IMG/VR virus record: IMGVR_UViG_640753059_000001
DNA length: 64,000 nucleotides
Source of the DNA: a virus
Lineage: Duplodnaviria; Caudoviricetes
Strand: one strand, 5' to 3'
Made by a program: the position numbers and the translations under genes. Of the stretch, positions 1 through 8,259 are shown one piece after another (position 1 is the stretch's first letter; each line of letters starts with the position of its first letter). The notes beneath the pieces were generated by a model. The model did not search any database. It was given only the letters and a program-made list of their open reading frames with translations, and was not told the origin of the DNA.

Positions 1-350
1 GCTGCCCCCACCGGCTCGCAGACCGGGCCGTTGGCGATTTCCAGCAGAACGGCGGCATGGCAGGTATCGGGTTCGCCGGGGCCGGGCAGCGGGCACCAGC
101 ATGCGAGGTTTTTGCCTCGCAGTTCTACCCGAGCCGCCGCCACCAGCTTTTCATTGTTGGGGGCATGACCTTGGAAGAGGCGCCAAGCGTGGCGACGATC
201 TTCCACCTTGCGGCCGGGTAAGAACGGATTGTCTCGGCCCGGGACGAACGGGTTCCCGAACTTGGTGGATCGATCGACTTTCACCGAGTTCGGAGGCAGA
301 CGCCAACCCTTGGCGCGCGAGAGCTGGACGCGGCGAGGTGCGTCACCCAT
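1..350 (-). CDS. DUF4326-family protein (3' end runs off window)
   Basis: Hand translation, not in ORF track: MGDAPRRVQLSRAKGWRLPPNSVKVDRSTKFGNPF...ELRGKNLACWCPLP...CHAAVLLEIAN; ATG overlaps end of upstream gene. Confidence 0.85.
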   Translation of the reverse strand, partial: MGDAPRRVQLSRAKGWRLPPNSVKVDRSTKFGNPFVPGRDNPFLPGRKVEDRRHAWRLFQGHAPNNEKLVAAARVELRGKNLACWCPLPGPGEPDTCHAAVLLEIANGPVCEPVGA

Positions 351-630
351 GGGCCGCCTCCCGCCTTTCCTTCTCGTCCTCGCCCTCGGCGGTAAGGCTC
401 CAAACCACCTCTCGCTTGATCCGTCGGAAGGAGATCCAGCCGCGCCGACGCCATTTCTGGATCGTGCGATCGGCGACGCGGTCTCGCGCCTCATCACCGC
501 CGGCGGCCTCGGACACGGCGGCAAGGCCGGAATAGGTGAACGGGGTCCCGTCCATCATCCGATTCTCCACGGCCGTCGCCATAGGGGCCTCGATCTCGGT
601 CCGTTTTTCCTTGAGCATCAGGTGGTGCAC
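343..630 (-). CDS. Hypothetical protein, possible winged helix
   Basis: Closely packed in leftward operon; C-terminal WSLTAEG. Confidence 0.6.
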   Translation of the reverse strand: MHHLMLKEKRTEIEAPMATAVENRMMDGTPFTYSGLAAVSEAAGGDEARDRVADRTIQKWRRRGWISFRRIKREVVWSLTAEGEDEKERREAAHG

Positions 631-632
631 AG

Positions 633-1127
633 TCAGCCTCCCGGCCGGGCTTCGGCCCGGGCTTTGATCACGATGTTGGTGAGGGCCCGCACGATGTCCT
701 CGCGCGGCGCGCGGCCGAGGCGCAGGGCGGTTGAGACTGCATAAAGCTGGTCGGCGACCCTGAGCGGGTTAATGCCGATCGCCTCCCACCACCATTCCTC
801 GCCATTGGAGTGTTGGGCGTCCTTGCTGCCCTGATGCTTCTCGGGTGAGAGCGGCACGGTCCAGCGATCATCTGGCTTCGCGCCGCCGCCAGGGTTCACC
901 TTCCCGAAGGCCGAGCTGGAATAGCGGATGTGGGCGGCCTCGTTCCGCCGGCGCACGGTCGGGAGCGTGCCAGAGGCGAGGCACGGCAGGTCGCGCACCA
1001 GGTCGAGATGCTCGGCATCCTCCTGGCGCCCGCGCTCGCGGGGCGTCTTGCGGGACGGAACGGGCCTGGCGGTCTTCAGGCCGAGGGGCCGATATCCGTC
1101 TTCGGGGACAATGCGAAGGGCCATCAC
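633..1127 (-). CDS. DUF968-like putative nuclease (paralog of 62355..62846)
   Basis: HLDLVRDLPCL..AAHIR..KPDDRWTVPL..QH.NGE..WW motif. Confidence 0.7.
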   Translation of the reverse strand: MMALRIVPEDGYRPLGLKTARPVPSRKTPRERGRQEDAEHLDLVRDLPCLASGTLPTVRRRNEAAHIRYSSSAFGKVNPGGGAKPDDRWTVPLSPEKHQGSKDAQHSNGEEWWWEAIGINPLRVADQLYAVSTALRLGRAPREDIVRALTNIVIKARAEARPGG

Positions 1128-2023
1128 GCGGCCCTCGCACTCAGGCGCTCAGCGAGGCCGCCGAGGTCCCATTCCTCGAGGAACGCCGCAAATGCCGCCA
1201 TGTCCGGCTCTTGCGCGCCGAGGTGTGCGAGTGCCAGGGGCACAGGCACGGCGGTGTCGAGGGTGGCTAGCGAGCGGCTGATGCGGGCGCTTGCGGCGTG
1301 ATCGGCCACCTTGGCCGCCTGCTTCTCCTTCCGGGCCGTGCCCGCGGCGATTATGTCTTCAAGGCTGCCGTGCCGGCTGACGAGTTCGGCGGCACGTTTG
1401 GCGCCGATGCCGGGAACGCCGGGGATGTTGTCGGTGGTGTCGCCGGCGAGTGCGAGCAGGTCGAGGACACCAGCCGGCGGCACGCCAAAGCGCTCCAGCA
1501 CCTCGGCCTCACGCATCGTCCTTCCCTTGCTGGCGTCGTAGAGGCAAACGCCCGTCCGATCGTCCACCAGCTGAGCGAGGTCCTTGTCGCCGGTGGCTAT
1601 GGTGACGCCAGCGCCCGACGCGACAGCCTTGCGGGTGTAGGTGGCGATCAGGTCGTCGGCCTCGTAGCCGGCAAGCTCTACGGAAGGTATCGGCAGGGCG
1701 GCACAGGCGGCGCGGACCGGCTTGAACTGCCGCTTGATGTCGTCAGGCGGCTCGTTTCGGTTCGCCTTGTAGGAGGCGAGGATGTCGTGACGCCAGTTCC
1801 GCCGCCCGGCATCGAAAATCACGGCGCGGTGCGATGCCGGCGGTACGGCGGACGTTTCGTGAAGGAGCGTCCACATCATCCAGCAGAAGCCGGAGATGGC
1901 GCCCACAGGGTGCCCGTCGCTGCGCCGTATCACGGCGGGAGCACCATAGAAAGCCCTCCAGAGGAAGGATGAGCCGTCGATCAACAGCACATGGTCGTCG
2001 GCCTGGATTGGGCGAAATGTCAC
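1124..2023 (-). CDS. Stand-alone 5'-3' exonuclease/flap endonuclease (PolI N-terminal domain type)
   Basis: LLIDGSS, YKANR, EADDLIAT, TGDKDLAQL, GDTTDNIPGVPGIG motifs; GTG start overlapping upstream TGA; no polymerase domain. Confidence 0.92.
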   Translation of the reverse strand: MTFRPIQADDHVLLIDGSSFLWRAFYGAPAVIRRSDGHPVGAISGFCWMMWTLLHETSAVPPASHRAVIFDAGRRNWRHDILASYKANRNEPPDDIKRQFKPVRAACAALPIPSVELAGYEADDLIATYTRKAVASGAGVTIATGDKDLAQLVDDRTGVCLYDASKGRTMREAEVLERFGVPPAGVLDLLALAGDTTDNIPGVPGIGAKRAAELVSRHGSLEDIIAAGTARKEKQAAKVADHAASARISRSLATLDTAVPVPLALAHLGAQEPDMAAFAAFLEEWDLGGLAERLSARAA

Positions 2024-2463
2024 CGGCGGCCTCCCATGATGTCGGCATAGCTCACCCCGCACATGCGCAGGACCTCGGCGAGAAGCCGGTCGCGGGACAT
2101 GTCGGGCAGGTGGTGGGTGATGAGGAGCAGGATCGCCTCGTCGAGGAAGGACCGGAACTCGTCCACCTTCATCGCCGCGATCGACCGCGGCACGACCTGC
2201 ATCCTGCCGTCGGTAAACTGGAAGGCCTCGACGCGATTAAGCTTCACCAGCAGTTCGGTGGCCAGTGAGCGCTTGTCGATGCCCAGCGCATTGCCGACAT
2301 GGGTCATCAGTGCCCAGAAGAAGCGGTTCGCCTTGCCCGATTTGTTCGGCATGGAAACGCAGAGCTGCGTCCCCATGGGTATGGCCGATGCGTCATCGGC
2401 GTCCTGGGGGAATGCTGGGATGAAGCCGCGCGGGGTCTTCTCCAGAAGGAAGGTGTCAGCCAT
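2020..2463 (-). CDS. DUF1367/NinB-like recombination-associated protein (distant paralog of 63336..63779)
   Basis: NRFFWALM...PRSIAAMKVDEFRSFLDEAI pattern; position after recombinase. Confidence 0.55.
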   Translation of the reverse strand: MADTFLLEKTPRGFIPAFPQDADDASAIPMGTQLCVSMPNKSGKANRFFWALMTHVGNALGIDKRSLATELLVKLNRVEAFQFTDGRMQVVPRSIAAMKVDEFRSFLDEAILLLITHHLPDMSRDRLLAEVLRMCGVSYADIMGGRR

Positions 2464-2466
2464 GGC

Positions 2467-3576
2467 TCACCCCTTCCGGCAAAGTTCGGCGAGGCGACGC
2501 TCGTAGAGCGCGGCCGCGCTCTCCCGATCCGCCATCGACCAGGTGTTGATGTCGTCTTCCTCGAAGGCCCACGTGTTTTCGAGCGCCGTCGGGTTCTGGC
2601 ACTTGCCGAGTTCGGCCCAGAGGCTGACGAGGTGGGGTGCCATGTTGGGGAAGGGCGCCGGGGAGGGAGCGCGGTCAGGGCGGGGCGCTCCCTCCCCGGG
2701 GCTTGGCGCGCGTTCTTCACGCGCGGGGACGCTCGCCACCGAGGGGGGAGGCGGGGCGGGCGCTTTCTGGGCGAGGCCAGCCGGAGCGCTGGGGCTGTTC
2801 AGCACCATATCGCGGACCTCGGGAGTGGTGACCCTGTCGAGGGGGGAAGGCAGGTCAACGTGCGGATCGGGCGGGGCGAGAGCCGCCGGCGCCGGCGCCG
2901 GTGGGGCAGGGGCCTTCTTCTCCTCGGTGATGGTCGGCGGCGGAGCGGTCGGAGGCGTCACGTCGCGGATGTCGACCTGCTCTTCCTCCAGTTCCTCGCG
3001 AAGGTAGAGGCCGCCGAGCACGTCGGCGAAGCCGTCGCGCAGCGCGAAAGCGCGGGCGCGCATCTTCATCATGCGCTCCGGGAAGCGGTGCCAGGGCGCA
3101 TCATTCAGGGCTTCATAGGTGCCGTTGCCATCCTGGCGACGGCGCTGCACCTTTTCCCGAGGGTCCCAAAGGCGAGCGCGCTTCGCATCGGCGACGCTGA
3201 AAGAACCGACGACCTGCTGGGGGTCGCCCTTGCGCTTCACGGTGCAAATGGCAACGCGATCATCACCCTCGCCGAGGATCTCCTCCTTGATGGTTTCGGC
3301 GAGCCCGGATGCGCGCACCAGGGCGATGGCAAGGTCCCCCCAGATCGTGGGGCGGCCGTTGATGACGGCGATTCGCTGCAAGGCCGTCATCGGGGGCACA
3401 CCGAGTTCGAGACCCGTCATGATGGCGATGGCGACAGCCTGGACATTCTTGAGGCCCGTCGGCGCCAGCCCCGAGCGGTGAACCGCGTCCGCGAGGTGGA
3501 AGACCTCGTCCATGGTCTGCGGGACCATGGCGCGGATCGCAGAGGACTGGACGTTGATCGGTGCAAGCGCGTTCAT
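2467..3576 (-). CDS. recT: RecT-like single-strand annealing protein
   Basis: GLELGVPPMTALQRIAVINGRP...PWHRFPERMMKMRARAFALRDGFADVLGGLY; Pro-rich linker. Confidence 0.75.
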   Translation of the reverse strand: MNALAPINVQSSAIRAMVPQTMDEVFHLADAVHRSGLAPTGLKNVQAVAIAIMTGLELGVPPMTALQRIAVINGRPTIWGDLAIALVRASGLAETIKEEILGEGDDRVAICTVKRKGDPQQVVGSFSVADAKRARLWDPREKVQRRRQDGNGTYEALNDAPWHRFPERMMKMRARAFALRDGFADVLGGLYLREELEEEQVDIRDVTPPTAPPPTITEEKKAPAPPAPAPAALAPPDPHVDLPSPLDRVTTPEVRDMVLNSPSAPAGLAQKAPAPPPPSVASVPAREERAPSPGEGAPRPDRAPSPAPFPNMAPHLVSLWAELGKCQNPTALENTWAFEEDDINTWSMADRESAAALYERRLAELCRKG

Positions 3577-3586
3577 GGGAGCCTCC

Positions 3587-4615
3587 TCAGGCCGCGACCT
3601 GCTTGGTGGTGACGGTCACGCCGGGCGGGGTGACCCCGGCCGAGATGTTGCGGCGGGCGAGCTTCAGCAGGACCTCCTTGAGATCGGCGGGCGCGTCGTT
3701 CATGCCGGCATAGAAGGCGGCGAGGGCGGGAAGGTCGGTGATGACGACGTCGGTCACGGTCCGCAGGGAGACCTTGGCACCCGTCCGGCCGGCGCCGGTG
3801 CGCTGGACCTCGGCAGCTTTGGCCGTCTCGATCGCGCGGGCCTGCACCTCTTCCGCCTGGGCGGCGGCGGCTTCGTCGCCGGCCTGCGCCGCGGCGGCGA
3901 GCCGGGTGGCTTCTTCCTGCTGGCGTCGGGCTTCCTCCGCAGCCTTCCGGGCGCGCTCCTGCTCCTCGGCCCGCAGCTTCTCCAGCCACGGCGTGATGTG
4001 GCTTTTCAGGCGCCGCACGAGTGTCTCGGCGTCCTGACGCCAGCGCCATTTCTCATCCACGAGCCGGCCGGCTTCGAGGTGGGGCGCTTTCTCGGCCTGG
4101 AAGGCCTTGTCGGCGCGGTTCTTGAGATCGCCGATACGCTTCGACCAGACTGCGACCTGGTCGGCGGCCTCCTGAGCTTCGATAGGCTTGGACAGGAACT
4201 TGTCGGCCAGCTCCTTCTCGCCCAGCAACTCAAGGCGCATGGCCTCGGCGGCATCGAGGTCGCCGCTGTTGTCGCCAGCGACGGCGCGCGGGTTCTCGAC
4301 CACATCGGGCGGAGAAGCGGTTACGGGCGCAACCGGCGCGTCGTCAGGCCAGCCCTTGCCGTCCATGAAGTCCTGGTAGGCTTCATAGGTGACCGGCTTC
4401 TTCGCCGCCCACGGCCACACAGAGGTCACTTCTACCGACGTACCGTTGAGCAGGGCCTGGACCGCGCCGGTCTCCTGGTCGCGCCAGATCGCGACGGGGT
4501 GCAGTTCGCCGCTCTTCCGCTTGACCCGGTAGAAGCCGGAATTGGGCTCGGCATCGTGGATTGCGACGGGTTCACCCGCGAGTGCGGCGCGCCAGGCGGA
4601 ATATTGGTCAGACAT
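3587..4615 (-). CDS. Coiled-coil phage protein, possibly Gp157/Gam-like
   Basis: AEKAPHLEAGRLVD, long Ala/Glu helix, C-terminal PPGVTV; adjacent to recT. Confidence 0.5.
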   Translation of the reverse strand: MSDQYSAWRAALAGEPVAIHDAEPNSGFYRVKRKSGELHPVAIWRDQETGAVQALLNGTSVEVTSVWPWAAKKPVTYEAYQDFMDGKGWPDDAPVAPVTASPPDVVENPRAVAGDNSGDLDAAEAMRLELLGEKELADKFLSKPIEAQEAADQVAVWSKRIGDLKNRADKAFQAEKAPHLEAGRLVDEKWRWRQDAETLVRRLKSHITPWLEKLRAEEQERARKAAEEARRQQEEATRLAAAAQAGDEAAAAQAEEVQARAIETAKAAEVQRTGAGRTGAKVSLRTVTDVVITDLPALAAFYAGMNDAPADLKEVLLKLARRNISAGVTPPGVTVTTKQVAA

Positions 4616-4793
4616 CGCGGTCTCCGATCATGTGCACTGGGATGCGCGGGACATCGCCGTGGGGATTGGTGTGGGGGGCGAGGGCGTCGGCCCGCCGGCG
4701 GCTCGCGCTCACGCGGCCGGCCGCATGGTGGGCGAGCACGCCGAGCGCGATCAGGACGGTGCCGAAGCAGGCGATGGCGATGAGCGCGCGCAT
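4608..4793 (-). CDS. Small membrane protein
   Basis: MRALIAIACFGTVLIALGVL hydrophobic N-terminus. Confidence 0.5.
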   Translation of the reverse strand: MRALIAIACFGTVLIALGVLAHHAAGRVSASRRRADALAPHTNPHGDVPRIPVHMIGDRDV

Positions 4794-4794
4794 G

Positions 4795-5037
4795 TCAGGC
4801 GGCACCCGGCCATTCGCCGCCGGCAAGGCCGGCAAGGATCGCGTCATTGATGCGATCGAAGCGCGCGCGTTCTAGGGCTTCCTCAAGGCCCATATCCATC
4901 TCCTGCTCGGTGAAACCGGCGGAACGCAGGAGGCGGATGACCTCGCGGCCATCGCCGAGGTCGCAGGTGGATCGGGCGAGCTCGCCCACCATGAGGTCCA
5001 CGCGATCGGAGAATGTGACCATGTCGTCCTCACTCAT
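4795..5037 (-). CDS. Hypothetical protein
   Basis: ORF in tightly packed operon. Confidence 0.55.
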   Translation of the reverse strand: MSEDDMVTFSDRVDLMVGELARSTCDLGDGREVIRLLRSAGFTEQEMDMGLEEALERARFDRINDAILAGLAGGEWPGAA

Positions 5038-5191
5038 CGCCGGACGCGCGCCGCAGCGCCGCGTCGTGGGGGAAGCCGAGCGTCCGGAACAGGTCGTACC
5101 GGGCGCGGTGCGCGGAGAAGGCCGCTTCGTTCTGGCTGGACACCGCCATGGCGGCCCATGGCCTTCGCAGCCTGCGGAGGAACCGGAGCAT
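5030..5191 (-). CDS. Hypothetical 53-aa protein
   Basis: Hand translation MLRFLRRLRRPWAA...ASGDE; TGATG coupling to XRE gene. Confidence 0.45.
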   Translation of the reverse strand: MLRFLRRLRRPWAAMAVSSQNEAAFSAHRARYDLFRTLGFPHDAALRRASGDE

Positions 5192-5583
5192 CAGGCGGCC
5201 TCGGCGTTCGGTGCGCCGGCCGTTGCTTCGTGAAGCGCACGGATCGTGTTGATTGCCGCAGCTTTGGAATGCGGGGGGAGCTGCGAGAGGAGGTCAACGG
5301 CCTCGACAGAGGCGGTGTCGCGGGCTTGGGGCAAGGCCCCGGCGTCTTTTTCCGTGCCGCGGAGGAGAAAAAGTGCCGAGACCTTGAGAAAATCGGCGAT
5401 CATCACCAGCGTGCTGCAGGCGATCCGGTTTTTGCCGTTCTCGTATTTCTGGATCTGCTGAAACGTGATCCCGAGGTGTTCGCCGAGCGCTTCCTGGCTA
5501 ACGCCGCTGCGCAGACGGGATTGCTTCACACGAAAGCCAATCACCACATCGAGTTCTTTGGTCTTATCTTTCAATGTGGGCAT
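5191..5583 (-). CDS. XRE-family HTH regulator
   Basis: GVSQEALGEHLGITFQQIQKYENGKNRI; start taken at ATG 5583 (TGATG coupling). Confidence 0.9.
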   Translation of the reverse strand: MPTLKDKTKELDVVIGFRVKQSRLRSGVSQEALGEHLGITFQQIQKYENGKNRIACSTLVMIADFLKVSALFLLRGTEKDAGALPQARDTASVEAVDLLSQLPPHSKAAAINTIRALHEATAGAPNAEAA

Positions 5584-5894
5584 CAGGCGCTCCAAGGGGC
5601 GAAAGCCGCAGCGGCGAACCGGCTGGGCATGGTGAAGAGGTCGACGGCGACATTGGCCGTCGCGGCGGATGCGAGCGCTGCCCCGAGGATGACGGCGCCG
5701 ACGTAGGGCGAGACCGGGCACCACGGCAGCGGGATCTTCGGGATGCGCCGGTCTTCGAGGTTCACGACCTCGGCAGGGGAGGGGACAGCCGCCGGCTCCG
5801 GCGAGGGAACACCTTGGGCCGGCGGCTGTGGCGCCGCCTGGGGGCGTGCGGCGCGTCTGGAATTGAAGAGGCGGGGGAAGCGCAGGATGGTCAT
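5583..5894 (-). CDS. Hypothetical Pro-rich protein with C-terminal hydrophobic segment
   Basis: MTILRFPRLF... start overlapping upstream stop (ATGA). Confidence 0.5.
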   Translation of the reverse strand: MTILRFPRLFNSRRAARPQAAPQPPAQGVPSPEPAAVPSPAEVVNLEDRRIPKIPLPWCPVSPYVGAVILGAALASAATANVAVDLFTMPSRFAAAAFAPWSA

Positions 5895-6094
5895 TCGGCG
5901 GCCTCGCGCAGCATCTCGCACTGGGAGCCGGCTTCCTGATCGAAATGAGGGACGATGCGCGGGCCGTGCGCCCGGTAGATCCGGACGGCAGTGTCCTCCG
6001 CCGAGCGGTTCGCGTTGATCAGGCCATTGAGCAGCTTTTCGAGCCACAGCCGGGTTTTGTAGAGTTCCTGCTCGGTGTGCTGTTCGATCCTCAT
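5891..6094 (-). CDS. Hypothetical protein
   Basis: ATGA coupling at both ends. Confidence 0.6.
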   Translation of the reverse strand: MRIEQHTEQELYKTRLWLEKLLNGLINANRSAEDTAVRIYRAHGPRIVPHFDQEAGSQCEMLREAAE

Positions 6095-6444
6095 GCGGCG
6101 CTCCTGTCGGCGCAGGTGACGATGCCCAGCCGGGCACGCGCGGCCGTAAGCTCGGTGCGGGCGTCGGCGGTGATGGGATTGAGCCGGGCGAGCAGCCTCG
6201 TGGGGCCCGCCTCGGGATGGGTGGGGTGCCGCCGACGCATCTCAGCAAGCGCCGCGTCCAGCCCGACGGAATGGACGAGGTCGAGGAAGATCGTCGTGAA
6301 GGCGTCGCTGTAGGAGCGGCTGTGCCAGTAGACCGGAAGGCCGGTTTCGCCCGCTCGCACTGCCGCATCGAGAGAGATGCTGTCCACGGCGCCTCGGTCG
6401 GCGACTGCGGCGTAGATCGCGGCTTTAGTTGCTGAGGCGTCCAT
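6091..6444 (-). CDS. First gene of PL operon, hypothetical
   Basis: ATG 6444 preceded by GGGGA SD, just downstream of PL. Confidence 0.6.
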   Translation of the reverse strand: MDASATKAAIYAAVADRGAVDSISLDAAVRAGETGLPVYWHSRSYSDAFTTIFLDLVHSVGLDAALAEMRRRHPTHPEAGPTRLLARLNPITADARTELTAARARLGIVTCADRSAA

Positions 6445-6469
6445 GACGTGTCCCCGTCGTTCGATGGGG

Positions 6470-6535
6470 AAATATTCCCCTATCTGGGGAAGTGCGTCAA
6501 CCCCTGAAAGGGGAAAAATTGGACTTAGAGGGGAA
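6470..6535 (-). promoter_or_regulatory. PL promoter with OL operators (17-bp TTCCCC-N5-GGGGAA)
   Basis: Sites 6475-6491, 6499-6515, weaker 6519-6535; minus strand TTGACG-17nt-GAATAT, same layout as PR. Confidence 0.85.
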
Positions 6536-6571
6536 TATCGAAGAATCAACGCGGGGGCCGACCTTGGCCGC

Positions 6572-6606
6572 TTGACTCTTATCGGTCACGAGAACGAAAT
6601 GAGAAC
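6572..6606 (+). promoter_or_regulatory. Promoter (-35 TTGACT) overlapped by alphaproteobacterial LexA box
   Basis: GAAC-gaaatga-GAAC at 6592-6606 over the expected -10; GGAGG SD before 6628. Confidence 0.75.
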
Positions 6607-6627
6607 AAGTTTGCCGAGGAGGGGGAC

Positions 6628-6870
6628 ATGGATCACACAGAGGTCGTCGCTGCTAGGCCGGTGCGGGCGCGCTTCAGGTTGAACGTCGTCTGCCAGAACT
6701 GCCGCCGATCCTATGCGCGCAACTTAGCTGTGCCGGACATCGATGACGCGCCAGACACGATCGACGACTTGGTCGAAAGCGCCTTCCTGGCTCGGCAACA
6801 GTTCGTGTGCCCGAAGTGCGAGAGTGCGATCGGGCTGGTCACGGCAATTAGGCAGATCGGGGAGGAGTGA
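6628..6870 (+). CDS. Small zinc-finger protein (CxxC...CxxC)
   Basis: CQNC and CPKC; good SD. Confidence 0.75.
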   Translation: MDHTEVVAARPVRARFRLNVVCQNCRRSYARNLAVPDIDDAPDTIDDLVESAFLARQQFVCPKCESAIGLVTAIRQIGEE

Positions 6871-6872
6871 CT

Positions 6873-7121
6873 ATGGCGAAGAAGACACTCTACGTCGTGC
6901 AGCCCTACGAGCTGGGGAAGCGCGGCGCGCTCAAGGCTGGCGTGCCGCTGGAGGTTCGGACCGCAGATGACGCGATGCGGGTCGCCGAGCGTATGGCGCT
7001 GGTCAAGGCTGGGGCAGTGGCTTTCTCGCGAGCGGTTGATGCGGAATCTGAGGATGCCGATGAGCCTGAGCTCATCGGGCGTTTTGGCACGACTCCGGAT
7101 GAAGCCCTCAATGCTGTATGA
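6873..7121 (+). CDS. Conserved alphaproteobacterial-type hypothetical protein
   Basis: GGAGG SD; YVVQPY...AERMA..KAGAVAFSR..D..EP.LIG.FG. Confidence 0.7.
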   Translation: MAKKTLYVVQPYELGKRGALKAGVPLEVRTADDAMRVAERMALVKAGAVAFSRAVDAESEDADEPELIGRFGTTPDEALNAV

Positions 7122-7393
7122 GAGAGCCGTGGCGTTGGGTTGAGGATCGCGAGGCGGGGATGTCTCTCAAAAAGGGCCCAGAGGTCTCCCGACGGGCATG
7201 GCTTTCAGGGCTCGCCGTAACCCTGACGACGATCGTTTGCTATCTCGCCTTTTGGCACCTTGCGCCCATCGCAACCTTTGCAATTGGGTGCATTTCCCTA
7301 GTTGTATTAATTTTGGTGGGATGGATTTATGGACGAGAAAGCCGCACTAATCGACTCTCGGAGACAAAACCTCCACCACGGACCGACCTCTAG
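7118..7393 (+). CDS. Small two-TM membrane protein
   Basis: Two hydrophobic segments; ATGA coupling. Confidence 0.55.
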   Translation: MREPWRWVEDREAGMSLKKGPEVSRRAWLSGLAVTLTTIVCYLAFWHLAPIATFAIGCISLVVLILVGWIYGRESRTNRLSETKPPPRTDL

Positions 7394-8234
7394 AAATAAC
7401 TTTCCATTCTCCATCTATGTATTTTTGTTTGATTTGTAATCGAACTCTCATTGGGATGTTTGCACGCAAAGTTTCATGAATTTCGCTACGCTCCAAAGCG
7501 GCGAGAAACTTCTTGTCTTTCATCACCGCGTTAAACGTGCCGGGAATGCCTTCTTGTCTAAATGTCCATGCCTTAGGGGCGTTCTCAAGTCGAGGCGTTA
7601 CTAAAACGACATCAAGTATTTGGGGTATTGTGCGCGCCATAGGTTTATCATCTCTGACATCAAAAAGGCCGTCGGCTTCTGCAAACTGATCAGAAGGTAT
7701 CGTCACTGCCGGCCTCCAATCGTCACTTGTTGGAACGCCGGTGCCGATGCCAGTGATTTTTCTGTCTCTCGGAGCCTCCTTATACATTTGTTGGCGGTGC
7801 ATTTTAACCGCATCAGTCTTCGATGTTTTTTCAAATATTTCGATCAGCTCGCGCTTTTGCGTCTCAGAAAAGCCATCGTTCCCCATATAGTAATTAAGTG
7901 TTGGTATTGCTGATGTTGGTACAACAACTGCTAATCCTATAGCGAGGCGGAAAATTACAGGTACTTTTTTCCACCCGTCGACGACTTGCTGGGCAAGGTC
8001 GTTTGCCTTGGAGCGTTCAATTTTGGCGATCCAATTTGACGACCCGGGTTTGGCGGCAACCAGCGAGACGCGGTACTCCCAAGTGGGATCGGCTATCGAT
8101 GCCGCGGCTTTCAGGCCCTGGGCCCATTGAATGGCCGCCGCTGCCACGACCTCAAGATCGGCCAATTGGCCCGGCTTGGTATCAAAATACAGGCTTAGTT
8201 CACCGGCATCGGCAAATTCTGCAATGTCCACCAT
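7347..8234 (-). CDS. AT-rich accessory protein downstream of cI (rex position)
   Basis: 295 aa ORF 25 nt after cI stop, visibly lower GC. Confidence 0.75.
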   Translation of the reverse strand: MVDIAEFADAGELSLYFDTKPGQLADLEVVAAAAIQWAQGLKAAASIADPTWEYRVSLVAAKPGSSNWIAKIERSKANDLAQQVVDGWKKVPVIFRLAIGLAVVVPTSAIPTLNYYMGNDGFSETQKRELIEIFEKTSKTDAVKMHRQQMYKEAPRDRKITGIGTGVPTSDDWRPAVTIPSDQFAEADGLFDVRDDKPMARTIPQILDVVLVTPRLENAPKAWTFRQEGIPGTFNAVMKDKKFLAALERSEIHETLRANIPMRVRLQIKQKYIDGEWKVISRGRSVVEVLSPRVD

Positions 8235-8259
8235 AAGCCGCCCCCCTGATGGCGGTGTG

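Noticed and set aside
2299-4783. Long plus-strand ORFs (437 and 423 aa) and similar shadow ORFs elsewhere
   Set aside because: Antisense shadows of well-supported genes in high-GC DNA; no motifs or coupling
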